A DNA stretch of 64,000 bases, taken from the human T2T-CHM13v2.0 reference genome, Homo sapiens. The stretch lies in the NCBI RefSeq assembly GCF_009914755.1, contig NC_060932.1; one strand, written 5' to 3'. Made by a program: the position numbers and the translations under genes. Below are positions 44,053 through 59,008 of the stretch, one piece after another (position 1 is the stretch's first letter; every line of letters starts with the position of its first letter). A model generated the notes under the pieces. The model was not told where the DNA came from. It made no database searches and worked only from the letters and a program-made list of their open reading frames with translations.

Positions 44053-45762
44053 GTTGTGATGTTAGGTTGTTAACTTGAGCTCTTTCTGACTTTTTGATGT
44101 GGGTGTTTAGTGCTATAAATTTCACTCTTAAAACTGCCTTACCTGTGCCCCAGAGATTCCAGTATGTTGTATCTTTGTTCTCATTTTCTTTATTTCTGCC
44201 TTAATATCATTATTTACCCAAAAGCCATTCAGGAGCAGGTTATTCAATTTCTGTGGAATTGTACATTTGAGTGAATATCTTAGTCTTGATTTCTCTTTAT
44301 TATTATTTTTTTTCAAGACGGAGTCTCACTCTGTCACCCAGGCTGGAGTGCAGTGGCAAGATCTCAGCTTACTGCAACTCCACCTCCTGGGTTCAAGCAA
44401 TCCTCATGCCTCAGCCTCCCAAGTAGCTGGCACTACAGGCACATGCCACCATGCCCAGTTAATTTTTGTGTTTTTTGTAGAGACAGGGTTTCACTATGTT
44501 GGCCAGGCTGGTCTTGAACTCCTGACCTCAGGTGATCCACCCACCTCAACTTCTCAAAGTGCTTGGATTACATGTGTGAGCCACCACACCCTGCTGTTAG
44601 TCTTGATTTCTAATTTTATTGCACTGTAGTCCAAGAGATTATGATTTTAGTTTTTTGCATTTGCTGAGGTGTGTTTTATTTCTGTTTATCTGATTGATTT
44701 TAGAGTATATGTCATGTGGCAATGAGAAGGTATATTCTGTTGTTTCTGGGTGAAGAGTTCTGTAGGTGTCTATCAGGTTCATCTGATCCAGTGCTAAGTT
44801 CAGGCCCTGAATATCCTTGCTAATTTTCTGTCTCAATGATCTGTCTAATATCATCAATGGGGTGTTAAAGTCTCTCATTATTGTTGTGTAGGAGTCTAAG
44901 TCTTTTTGAAGGTCTCTAAGAACTTCTTTTATGAATCTGGGTGCTCCTGTGTTGGGTTCATATATATTTAGGATAGTTAGGTCTTCCTGTTGAATTGAAC
45001 CTTTTACCATTATAGAATGCCCTTCTTTGGCTTTTTAAAATCTTTGTTGGTTGAAAGTCTATTTTGTCTGAAGTTAGGATTGCAATCCCTGCTTTTTTTG
45101 TTGTTGTTATTTTCCATTTACTTGGTAGATTTTTCTCCATCTTTTATTTTGACCCTATGAGTGTCATTCCATGTGAGATGGGTCTCTTGAAAACAGCATA
45201 CCAACGGGTCTTGGTTCTTTATCCAGCTTGCCCCTCTATGCCTTTTAATTGGGGCATTTAACCCATTTACTTTCAAGGTTAGTATTATTATGTGTGGATT
45301 TGATCCTGTCATCATGATGTTAGCAGGTTATTTCATAGACTTGTTTATGTGGTTGCTTTATAGTGTCACTGGTCTGTGTGCCTCAGTGTTTTTTTGTTTG
45401 TACTGGCTGGTAACAGTCTCTCCTTTCTGTATTTAGTGCTTCCTTCAGGAACTCTTGTAAGGCAGGTCTGGTGGTAAGGAATTCCCACAGTATCTGCTTG
45501 TTTGAAAGGATCTTATTTCTCCTTCACTTATGAAGTTTAGTTTAGCCAGATATGAAATTCTGGATTGTAATTTCTTTATTTAAGAATTTTGATTATTGGC
45601 CCCCAATCTCTTCTGGCTTGTAGGGTTTCTGCTGAGAGGTTGGCTGTTAATATGATGGGCTTCCCTTTGTAGAAAACCTGGCCTTTCTCTCTAGCTGCCT
45701 TTACCATTTTTTCTTTCATTTTGACCTTGGAGACTCTGATAAATATGAGTCTTGGGGATGAT
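44053..45762 (-). mobile_element. L1 copy B, inverted segment (ORF1 3' half and ORF2 endonuclease), with an AluS at 44295-44593
   Basis: ORFs 45118..45315 (MTGSNPHIIILTLKVNGLNAPIKR) and 44639..45010; Alu TSD ttagtcttgatttct. Confidence 0.88.
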
Positions 45763-46803
45763 GTTTGAAGAAGTGGTAGTTGGATTGTGAGAGGTCATGT
45801 GAATATGGTGGACGAGGTGAAACTTCGTAGCCCAATTTGTTCAACTTTTGAAGCCTTGGTCGTGTGATGTGTGGTCAGGCATTGCCATAGAGAAGATTTG
45901 GGCCCTTTATGTTGACCAATGCCAGTTGCAGGCACTGCAGTTTTTAGTGCATCTCATTGATTTGCTGAGCATACTTCTCAGAGGTAATGGTTTCACTGGG
46001 ATTCAGAAAGCTGAATAGTAGTGGATCAGACTGGCAGAAGACCACCAAACAGTGACCATGATCTTTTTTTGGTGCAAGTTTGGCTTTGGGAAGTGCTTTG
46101 GAGCTTCCTCTTGGTCGAACCACTGAGCTGGTCGTCTCTGGTTGTCATATAAAATCCACTTTTCATCGCACATCACAATCCAATTGAGAAATGGTTCATT
46201 GTTGTCGCATAGAATAAGAGAAGATGACACTTAGAATGTTGTTTTTTTTTTTTATTTTCAGTCAGCTCATGAGGCACCCACTTATTGAGCTTTTTCACTG
46301 TCCCAATTTGCTTCAAATGCCAAATGACCATAGAGTGGTCGATGTTGAGTTCTTTGGCAACTTCTCACATAATTGTAAGAGGATCAGCTTCTATAATTGC
46401 TCTCAATTGGTCATTGTCAAATTCCAATGGCAGTTCACTACACTCTTCATTTTCAAGGCTCTCATCTCCTTTGCAAAACTTCTTGAACCACCACTGCCCT
46501 GTACATTCACTAGCAGTTCCTAGGCCAAATGCGTTGATGCTACAAGTTGTCTCCGCTGCTTTATGACTCATTTTGAACTCGAATAAGAAAACTGCTAGAA
46601 TGTGCTTTTTGTCTAATATCATTTCCATAGTCAAAAATAAACATAAAATAAACAGCAAGTGATAAGTCATTAGCAAAAAAAAAAGCAAGAAATGTGCATT
46701 GAAACAATGTACAACGTAACCACTTTTATTTAAGAATGTATTCCAATATCAAACAGCAAATTCCAATAATGCAAAAACTGAAATCACATTTTCACCAACT
46801 TAA
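45760..46803 (-). mobile_element. HSMAR1 mariner, 5' ~1.04 kb (dead transposase)
   Basis: ORFs MEMILDKKHILAVFLFEFKMSHKAAET... and FLNWIVMCDEKWILYDNQRRPAQW (SETMAR/HSMAR1-like); 5' TIR ends at 46803, then TA. Confidence 0.92.
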
Positions 46804-46805
46804 TA

Positions 46806-47640
<835 letters not shown>

Positions 47641-47677
47641 AACTACTGTGCTTAATACCTAGGTGGGCTCCATGGGC

Positions 47678-49423
<1,746 letters not shown>

Positions 49424-50184
49424 TATTAGGCTCTGATGGTGATCTGGAACTGAGAAGGTTTCTGGAGACAAGACCTTTAATCAGGAGATACTTATAAGCA
49501 AAAGCAGAAAAATAACCATGAGAGGTGTGTTAAGGAGTAAAACCGAGACTTGAGGCCAGGAAGCATCCAATCTAGTGGATTCCAGGAAATTGATGTGACG
49601 AGGTCCTTTTTTGATTGAGTTAGGACTGTGGTGGCAGCGGCATGCATTTCCTCACTAGCAACTGAATATTCTCGTTTATGATGTAGAGGTCAGAGACATT
49701 TTGGATAACAATCATGTAGCAGCTGCTTCCAAACAATGCATGTCTCACCTCTAGATACCAAGGTCATGTTGAGTGCCAGTCAGTTATGGAGCTCTGTGTA
49801 TTGAGTCTTTTGAAATTCTGGGGTGGAAAGAGTGAGGTTATTTATTTGGTTGTTTGCAGTCATGGTTATCTCCCATATTAGAGCATGGAAGATAGAATTT
49901 CTCTTCACTCTGAGTATCCCATACTGCAGCTGCTCCAGGCACAAAAGTAGCCTAAATGTGATCAAATGCAGCTTTAAGTTCTGGAGATTTCCTACTATCT
50001 CAGCTTCCTTTTCAAGGAAGATCTGAGATCTAGCAATGAAAGGAAGAATGCAGTAATATTTTGGTGCCAACCTCTACATTTTCGGGAGGCACAGTTACTA
50101 GTGCACCATCAAGACCAATGATGGACATTAGAAAGGACAGAGGGGAATTTAAATAGTTTAAGAAGGTAGTTGAGCTACATATAT

Positions 50185-51288
50185 TGTTGCGGGAAGTCAA
50201 GGACCCCGAATGGAAGGACCGGCTGGAGCCGCGATAGAGGAACGTAAATTGCGAAGATTTCATTTTAGTATGAACACATATCAGTTCCCAAAATTAATAC
50301 TTTTATAATTTCTTATGCCTGTCTTTACTGCAATCTCTGAACGTAAATTGTGAAGATTTCATGGACATTTATGAGCTCCCAAATAATACTCTTATAATTT
50401 CTTATGCCTGTCTTTACTTTAATCTCTTAATCCTGTTATCTTTGTAAGGTGAGAATGTATGTCACCTCAGGACCACTATTGTACAAATTGACTGTAAAAC
50501 GTGTGTTTGAACAATATGAAATCAGTGCACCTTGAAAAAGAACAGAATAACAGCGATTTTCAGGGAACAAGGGAAGCCAACCATAAGGTCTGACTGCCTG
50601 CGGGGTCAGGCAGAATAGAGCCATATTTTTCTTCTTGCAGAGAGCCTATAAATGGACATGGAAGTAGGGAAGATATCACTGAATTCTTTTCCCAGCAAGG
50701 AATATTAATAATTAATACCCTGGGGAAGGAATGCATTCCTGGGGGGTGGTCTATAAACGCTCTGGGAGTATCTGTCTTATGTGGTTGAGATAAGGACTGA
50801 AATACGCTCTGGTCTCCTGCAGTACCCTCAGGCTTATTAGTGTTGAGAAGAAACCCCACCCTGGTAAATTTGAGGTCAGACCAGTTCTCTGCTCTTGCAC
50901 CCTGTTTTCTGTTGTTTAAGATGTTTATCAAGACAATACGTGCACAGCTGAACATAGATCATTATCAGGAGTTTTTGATTTTGCCCTTTGCCTTGTGATC
51001 TTTGTTTTGCCCTTTGCCTTGTGATCTTTATTTCCCTTTGAAGCATATGATCTTTGTGACCTACTCCCTGTTTGTACACCTCCTCCCCTTTTGAAGTCCT
51101 TAATAAAAACCTGCTGGTTTTGTGGCTCGGGGGGCATCACAGACCTACCAATATGTGATGTCATCCCTGGCGGCCCAGCTGTAAAATTCCTTTCTTTGTA
51201 CTCTTTCACTTTATTTCTCAGACCGGCCGACACTTAGGGAAAATAGAAAGAACGTACGCTGAAATATTAGGGGTGGGTTCCCCTGATA
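50185..51288 (+). mobile_element. Complete MER11 solo LTR (ERVK, HERV-K11/HML-8)
   Basis: Starts tgttgcgggaagtca, ends gggttcccctgata; 6-bp TSD atatat at 50179-50184 and 51289-51294; tataaa ~50751, aataaa ~51102, internal tandem repeats. Confidence 0.92.
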
Positions 51289-51837
51289 ATATATGGTAGG
51301 GGTTGACAAGATTGGCTAGATAACATGAGCCTGTCCAGTGTTCTAGGAGATACCAGTAGTTTCCTCTTCCATAAATGAAATAGTTGTCTTTTGTGGCTAA
51401 CCAAGTGAAGTGGGAGCAATTCTCTTCCACTATACTAGGTTGAGGAAAGGGTATGGCTATGAGGGGAATATCTTCATTGGTACTTTTCCATATGTAAATC
51501 TTTAGTGTCCCCATAGCAATTCCCCATGGTAAACTTACTTCATATAATGTTGTATTTGCTCTGGGACAATGATTAATCGTTACAAGTACTGTCATCAGAG
51601 TTGACAGAGTAAATGCTGTAAAGCCAGAAACTAGAACATAAAGCATTATTGTCTGTAAAATTGTGAGAGAAATAAAAATGACTTTTTAAAAAAGTGGTTC
51701 AGATTCTATTTGGATGCTTGTGTGATTGATATAAAATATAGGAACAATTTCCTAACATTGTGCAGAGGAAAACAGCTAAATCAATAGCTGTGGAGATTTT
51801 AAAAATGAGAAGAGTAATTTGGGGGAAGATGGTGCAA

Positions 51838-52255
51838 AGTATAGTCTTGCACTGCTATAAAGAAATAACTGAGCCTGGGCAATTTATAAAGAAAAGAGGT
51901 TTAATTGGCTCACTGTTCTGCAAGCTATACAGGAAGCACAGTGGCTTCTTCTTCTGGAGAGGCCTCAAGAAGTTTCCAGTCATGGTGAAAGGTAAAAAAG
52001 GAGTGAAGCATCTCACATGGCAGGAGCAGGAGCAAGAGAGAGTGAGGGCACAGATGCTGCACATTTTTAAAAAACCAGATCTCAAAAATGAGAACTCACG
52101 CTCTATCACAACAACAGCACCAAGGGGATGGTGCTAAACCATTCACGAGAAGTCCACCCCCATGATCCAACCACCTCCCACTGGGTCCCACCTCCAACAC
52201 TGGGGACTACAATTCAACATGAGATTTGGTGGGAACACAGATCCAAACTATATCA
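51838..52255 (-). mobile_element. MSTA-type MaLR LTR
   Basis: gcactgctataaagaaataactgag...aagaaaagaggtttaattggctcac...aattcaacatgagatttgg...ccaaactatatca. Confidence 0.85.
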
Positions 52256-53959
52256 GATGGTTGATCCAAGAGGGAAAAGGATGAATAAAAGCAATGAGTT
52301 TAAGAAAGATTTTAAGATTTGAGTAGTCTCTTCAGTACAAGCCATCCAAAAGTTTTGAGCATCCTTTCTGAAGGTAGGTAAATGGGGAATAGAGAAGAAA
52401 GAAATGGTAGGGAGGGCAAAAAGGAAAAGAGCAGACCTGTTTCAGAAAGCTTTTGTACTTATGAGTGCAAAAAGATAATGAGGACAGTAAGAAGGACACA
52501 AAGGGAGAATATGGAGGGAATTAAAAATAGGACTCATAGGGGATCTTGTTCTGGTGTCTTGGGTAGAAGTCAGCCACCTGATGGCATCATGCAGTTGTTC
52601 TTGGGAAAGAAGTCTATCTCATGTCATCATCTGCTTCTAGGGGCTCTTGAAAGACCTCCAATTTAATGTTTCCTTTTGGAGTGAATTTCTGTTTGAAGAC
52701 TTGTATTTTTTTAATTATGAAATGTGAACCTAAGGTTGTATTCTTTGTAGTCTTGCAGCAGTTTTGGTGGTGAAGAAGAGAGCTGTGATTTGGTTGAGGA
52801 CACCTAAAGTGTATTCATCCCTTTCATGTATAAAAAGGGAAAAGTTGATGAGTAATTGGGGCATCTAACAGTGAGGGAAGAGGATAGAGAGGACTTGAGG
52901 CTCTGAAATGCAGGCTCAGAAGCCCAATTAGGGGGCATTAGGGAGGAGCAATAGCAGAAAAGTTAGGGATCCAGTTTTGGCAATAGCCAATGTATTCTAA
53001 AAATAGTCAGAGTTGTCTTTTGGCCTTGGGGAAAGGGAAATTGATGACAATGTTACTTCTTTTAGAAGATAAAGTGTGTCCTTCAAGGGAGATATCATGT
53101 CCTAGGCACTTGAGGGCTGTTAATTTTATGTTGGGTTTAATGATGTTATGTCCCTTGTGGGCAACGGTTTGGAGTAAATATTGAGTGTTGGCAATCACCA
53201 TTGAACTGAGAAGGGGTCATCTACCTTCTGAATTCAGGTAATATTGGGGCTAAGACACTTTCAGAGGTGACTGATGGACTGAAGTTCCTCAAATGAGGCT
53301 GGCCTGAGTCATGAGTGGATGAGACTGAGCAGTAGGGAAGGATAACCAGGTACAATGGGGGGCTATGCCTGACCATTCCCATCTCAGACCCCCACATCTT
53401 CTCGAGTACATGATGCTCTGAGAAAGAGAGGGATATAGTGCACAGCAAAGCTTTGCTGTGGGAAACCCACCAAAAGAGCTCAACACAGCAGCAGCACATG
53501 TTTTCTTGTTGACTGGAGAGAGAGCCACACATAAAAGCCAAATTACAACAGGTTTTTATTTAACAATGGTTAATGGCTCCTGAAAAACCCCTTAGGGACC
53601 AGCCTATAATATGTATGAATATATATGAGATTAAAATAATTGAAATTCAAAATCAATTAAAAATGAAACCTATTTGTTAAGATACTTAAAACAGAGACAT
53701 TGGAGTGATGTTAGAGATGGAAATAAAGACTAGTGGGTAAGAACTTATTGTAAGACAGCTAACATTTAGAATGAGAAGGAAGAAGTAGAGGGATAAGGTC
53801 AAGTCTAAGAGCTTACGAGGAGGCTGCTGAGGTCAGCCCAACTTCTCAGTAAATGATATTCTATTTAGCATAGTGCAAGGCTTCATTGCACTACATATGA
53901 CCTGTGGCTGCCCCTGCTGATGGCTGTCACCCACCCTTGCAACAAGAAATATGCCTATG

Positions 53960-54915
53960 TCAAGTCTGCCCTGTGAGTATTGACCCTGTGCTAGACACTA
54001 GTTAGATACTGATTATACAAGGATGGAAAAGACAGTGTTTGCATTTAAGAATACTTTCTAGAAGGGAGAGAGGCAGGTAACTGCCTGTAAGTTCAAACAG
54101 GAGAACACACAAGTAGGAGCAAAGAATTCTTACTGGGGATGGTTAGAGACTGTTTCACAGAGGGGACAAAGGGGCAGGACTTATATCTCTATATGAGCAG
54201 ACAGAACAAGGGCATCAAGCAGAGAAAACAAAGAACAAAGGTTCACAGTCAAAAATATACCTCACCTCCCTTCCACCTCATTCCTCCACTCCTTTCTGCC
54301 AATTCTGATGTGTCTTATATGGAAGGGATATTATCACAGTGGTGAAAATGTTGGTGTGCCTGGAGTACAGGTGGAGTCAGGAGTCCTGCAATGTGAGAAT
54401 GAAAAAATAGGTTGGGCCTGGGTGTGGAGGGCTGTGGGTGCCAATTAGCAGTTTGCTGTGCTTACAGTGCTGCTCCCTTGAAGATCAGGAAATGAAATCT
54501 TACAGAAAGATAAGTCAGGCAGCATGGAAAGGGTAGGTAAAGGGAGGAACAATGAAAAACCTGTAGTCCAAGAGGAAGCTATTGCAGAAGATTGGATGAA
54601 AGATAATAAGCCTCAGAGATGGATCAGTGTCAGACATTTCTGGGTAAGACTGATAGAATCTGATGACCACTGATCTCCATGGCCTGCAGAATCTGGTCTA
54701 ACAGGAGCATGGTGGTGTTGTGGAGTATGTGGACTTTACAGCCAGGCCAGCTGAGTTCAGTCTGATTCTGCCTTACAAAGCTCTGTGATTCTGAGCAAAA
54801 GATGTGCAAATGGGTCTAATGCCACTTAACCTTTTTTTTTTTTTTTTTGCAAAGATGAAATGATGCCATGTATGTAAATCTAATATGGTCCCTGGCACAT
54901 AAGTAATTCATACAC
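53960..54915 (+). mobile_element. L2 fragments followed by a MIR (about 54700-54915)
   Basis: L2 and MIR 3' motifs (gtggtgttgtggagtatgtggactt...ctgtgattctgagcaa...cctggcacataagtaattca). Confidence 0.5.
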
Positions 54916-55029
54916 CTTAGCGCCTTTCAGCTGGTGTTCAAGGCCTCTTATAATTTGATTCACATGCATCTTTCTAGGCAAATGAACCACTCTCCTGTAC
55001 TCATCTCTTTCCTCCAAAAACAGAGGGCT

Positions 55030-55833
55030 TTTTTGATGTAGGCATTTCTGCTTATAAATTTCCGTCTTGGTACTACTTTTGCTGTATCTCACAGATTTTG
55101 GTATGTTGTGTTTCTATTTCCATTGGTTTCAAGAAATTTTTAAATATCCTTCTTAATTTCTTCATTAACCCATAGGTCATTCGGGAGGATATTGTTTAAT
55201 TTCCAGGTATTTGTACAGTTTCCAAAGGTTTTTTTGTTACTGATTTCTAGTTTTGTTCCATTGTGGGCTGAAAAGAGATTTAGTATGATTTAAAAAAAAA
55301 TTGTTCAGACTTGTTTTGTCACGTAACATATGGTCTATCCTGGAAAATGTTCTACATGCTGATGAGAAGAATATACATTCTACAGCTGTTGAATGACATG
55401 TTCTGTATATGTCTATTAAGACCATTTGCTCTAAAGTGCAGCTTAAATCCAATGTTTCTATGTTGATTTTTTGTCTAGATGATCAGTCTGATGCTATGAG
55501 TAAAGTGTTGAAGTCCCCAGCTATTATTATATTGGGGTCTATCTCTCCCTTTAAATCTCAAATAAATAACCCAATGATGCACCTCAAGGAACCAGAAAAG
55601 CAACAACAAATAAAACTTAAAATTAGTAGAAAGAAAGAAATAATAAAAATCAGAGCAGAAATAAATGAAATAGAGAACAAAAAAGTACAAAAGATCAATA
55701 AAACAAGAAGTTGGTTTTTTGAAAAGATAAACAAAAGTGACAAAACATTAGCTAGACTAAGAACAAAAGAGAAAACCCAAATAAACAAACTCAGAAATGA
55801 AAAAGAAGACATTACAACTCATGCCATAAAAAT
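55030..55833. mobile_element. L1 ORF2 fragment with 5' inversion (55030-55555 minus, 55556-55833 plus)
   Basis: ORF 55237..55452 (-) LIDIYRT...FSRIDHML; ORF 55409..55837 (+) SQINNPMMHLKE...SWFFEKINK. Confidence 0.82.
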
Positions 55834-57552
55834 ATAGGGCTATTTACTGTTTCTCAGACATGCCTTACTCTTTCTGATCTCTAAGTCTTTGCTCACACAA
55901 TTTATTTTCTTTAAGTATCCTTCTTCTCCTCAGTTTTCATTGCTATCTTAAAGGCTTTGCTTCAGATAATACCTCCTTTAAGAACACATCCTCAATACCC
56001 CAAGTGGAAATTATCTTTCCTTCTGTTAAACTCTCAAAACACTTTATTGGAATCACTTTAATGGCCCTTACAATATACTGCACTTTAGCTAGCTATTTGG
56101 AGTATATTTTTCCCTCTCCTAGGTAGCATATGTTTAATTTTCCTAGTCAGTAGTACTTAATTCACTCTACAGTGTTATCAAAAGTAGATATTTAACAGAT
56201 TAATATGATTGTCTCAGAAAGAGGTCAGTTGAGTGCTAGGTATGGGTGTGGGAGGAGGATGGTGTATGTCCTTGCTAACCAGAAAAGTCGTAGGATTGTA
56301 CCGCTGCCAATCCTAATTTTATTGCTCTCATTTCTAGTTCCTCCACAGCATCTAGGTATGGCAAAATTCAATATATAAGGCCAGTAAAGAGTGTTTCAGA
56401 CAATACCATCTGACTAATTGGCTGGAGTTCTTGGTTATATGTCTAACATGTTTTATGATCTACAGTCTTAATTTAGGTGATTGGCAAAGATAAAGATATT
56501 TGTAATAGGACTTCAGTGCTATTTCTGTAAGAAAAATCTAGTTTGACAAATGAAATCATGATCTAGGCTAATAGCATATTGTTTCGAAATTAAATGGCTC
56601 TATCTTGTACTTCATGCTCAATTTTGCTGAGAACCAAAAACTGCTCTAAAAAATGAAGTCTATTAAAGAAAATAAAATTATCTGATTAAGTGGCAAACTA
56701 TGGCATTTTTTGCTTAAAACTTTTAACTTCTTGACTATCCATGGCTTAGTAATTAGTTTGTGGTCCCCTTTATGTACAGCGAAAGACATTAGAGAAATAC
56801 GGTGTTGAACTAAGCAGCTGGAATACCAGCCTGTCATTAAACTTATGAAGAAAAAACTGACACTGGAGTGATGGACAAATAGATGTGCTAAGATTTTTTT
56901 TTCTGTAAGGAAAAGCAGTTTTTGAAAAAGAATGCCTCATATTTACATTTTAAAATTAAAAAATAACTTGTACACTATGGTTTATGTGAAAGATGTTTAT
57001 TTTCTTTCAAACAATATTAAAACAAATAAATTACGTGCAGTTGAGTAACACAATGAGCACATAATACAGTTAACCTTTTAAAAGGCACTTCTGGCATAAT
57101 CACTAAAGTAATATAGACAATTAGACAATTATTTGCTTTGACACTTTATTAATTTGACCATTCATTTCAATTTTCTTTTAATGTTCTTCAGTGAATTGTT
57201 TCATTTATAAACACTTCAAAGTTCCATCATAAAATATGCCTAGATTAACTGACTTATCTTAATTCTATTTACTATGGAACCTATCACCAAAAAAATCTAA
57301 TTTAAAGGACATTTTAAAATGTTATCCTTTATTTGGGTACTAAACTAATCACTCCTCCACAGAGTCATAAGAAAGTGTTTGAAATAAACAAAAATAAATG
57401 AAGTGGAACTGGTGATTGATATAAATCTTCTAGAAACAAAAGTTGGGTAAGCCAGAGGTTTTTTGTTATTGACACTGTTTATTCTTTTTAAGTGATTTTG
57501 TTCTTTTATTATTTTTAATTATACAATTTTAAATAGTATGCTTTTATTTTAA

Positions 57553-57903
<351 letters not shown>

Positions 57904-58339
57904 CAGGGTCCAGTTTTTTAATAAAAATTATAATGTTGTTAGCTTCCCAATACTAAGTCAAAATCAAAACACGTTCTCTAAAGAACAACCACAATTACTT
58001 TCAATTTTATCATAGATATATGTATAATCCTAAGTATCAGCTCACCTGATTAAACTAATTTTCTTATAAAGAAAAACACCCTTCACATATCCTTACATAA
58101 AGATACTATTAATGTATATGATTAATGTTGAAACCTAACTAGCTGAACAAATGTTCAACAGATTTTGGACCCCATATTCTACATTTTCAAGTTTATAACA
58201 AAATTAAGAAATTATAAAATACTAAGTATAAAACTTATGTCATAAATTGAGGGCTATGTTGAATTTGAAAGCTGAGATGATATCTTTCTTAATAAATGAA
58301 ATATTATAAACTGCAGTAGAAACAGTACATCTTTACCGG

Positions 58340-58567
58340 TTATTTATTTATTTATTTTTATTTTTATTTTTTAATTTTTTTTGAGAACACATGGACACAG
58401 GAAGGGGAACATCACACACCGGGGCCTATTTATTTATTTTTGAAATAGAGACAGGGTCTCCCTGTATTGCCCAGGCTGGTCTAGAACTCCTGCGCTCAAG
58501 CAATCATCCATCCAGCCTCGGCCTCCCAAAGTGCTGGGATTACAGGTGTGAGCTGCCACACCCAGTC
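58340..58567 (-). mobile_element. FLAM / Alu monomer whose tail carries a 46-bp L1 3' UTR fragment (58382-58427, +)
   Basis: Monomer 58440-58567, (TATT)n tail, imperfect TSD tttacc(g/a)g. Confidence 0.8.
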
Positions 58568-59008
58568 TTTACCAGATGTTTTTTTAAGTTAATATAAATT
58601 GCAGGATTTGATTAAAATATTCTGATACAATAGTCAAACTCATATTATTTTATGCATAATCTGAAAAATACCAGATGTAATTGACAGTAATTTTTTAAAA
58701 TGTAAACATTTCCTTTCCTTTGTGTAGTTACGTTATTGTTAACTAAAAACAGTCCATGTATAAGACAAGTAAGTATGATTCCATCCCTTTCCGTGTAGTC
58801 ATAAGAATGACCATAAGCAAAAGTTAAAATTACATTCTTGATTTGTTTAAAAATGCAAAGCAGATATTGAGAAGCCATCAACTGTGCCTGACGTATTTTC
58901 TAAATTATTTTTGTTAATCAATTACATCAACATGATTTCACAGAGACCTAAAGATGCCACATAGAGTAGTATGGCATATAGACTCCTCAGCTGAAAGTTT
59001 CTATCACG

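Larger units (their letters stand above)
49440..53560 (-). mobile_element. Heavily decayed ERV1/gamma-type internal region (pol RT and env)
   Basis: IQKVDD (YVDD-like) at 53216-53233; LGHDIS..G..LS...FPFPKAKRQL*LFLEYIGYCQNWIPNFS RT thumb; env WTGSCYLA, RVKR, LHN*LALNMTL ISD-like, hydrophobic anchor. Confidence 0.7.

Noticed and set aside
46003-46688. SETMAR-like transposase ORFs as a functional gene
   Set aside because: Fragmented by stops and frameshifts, truncated by the inversion, no SET domain; a dead HSMAR1 copy
50240-50430. Spaced direct repeats resembling a CRISPR-like array
   Set aside because: Internal tandem duplications typical of MER11 LTRs; eukaryotic context and no unique spacers
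51218-51646. 142-aa env-like ORF as a captured syncytin-type gene
   Set aside because: Runs into the MER11 LTR; downstream TM has a stop in the ISD and frameshifts
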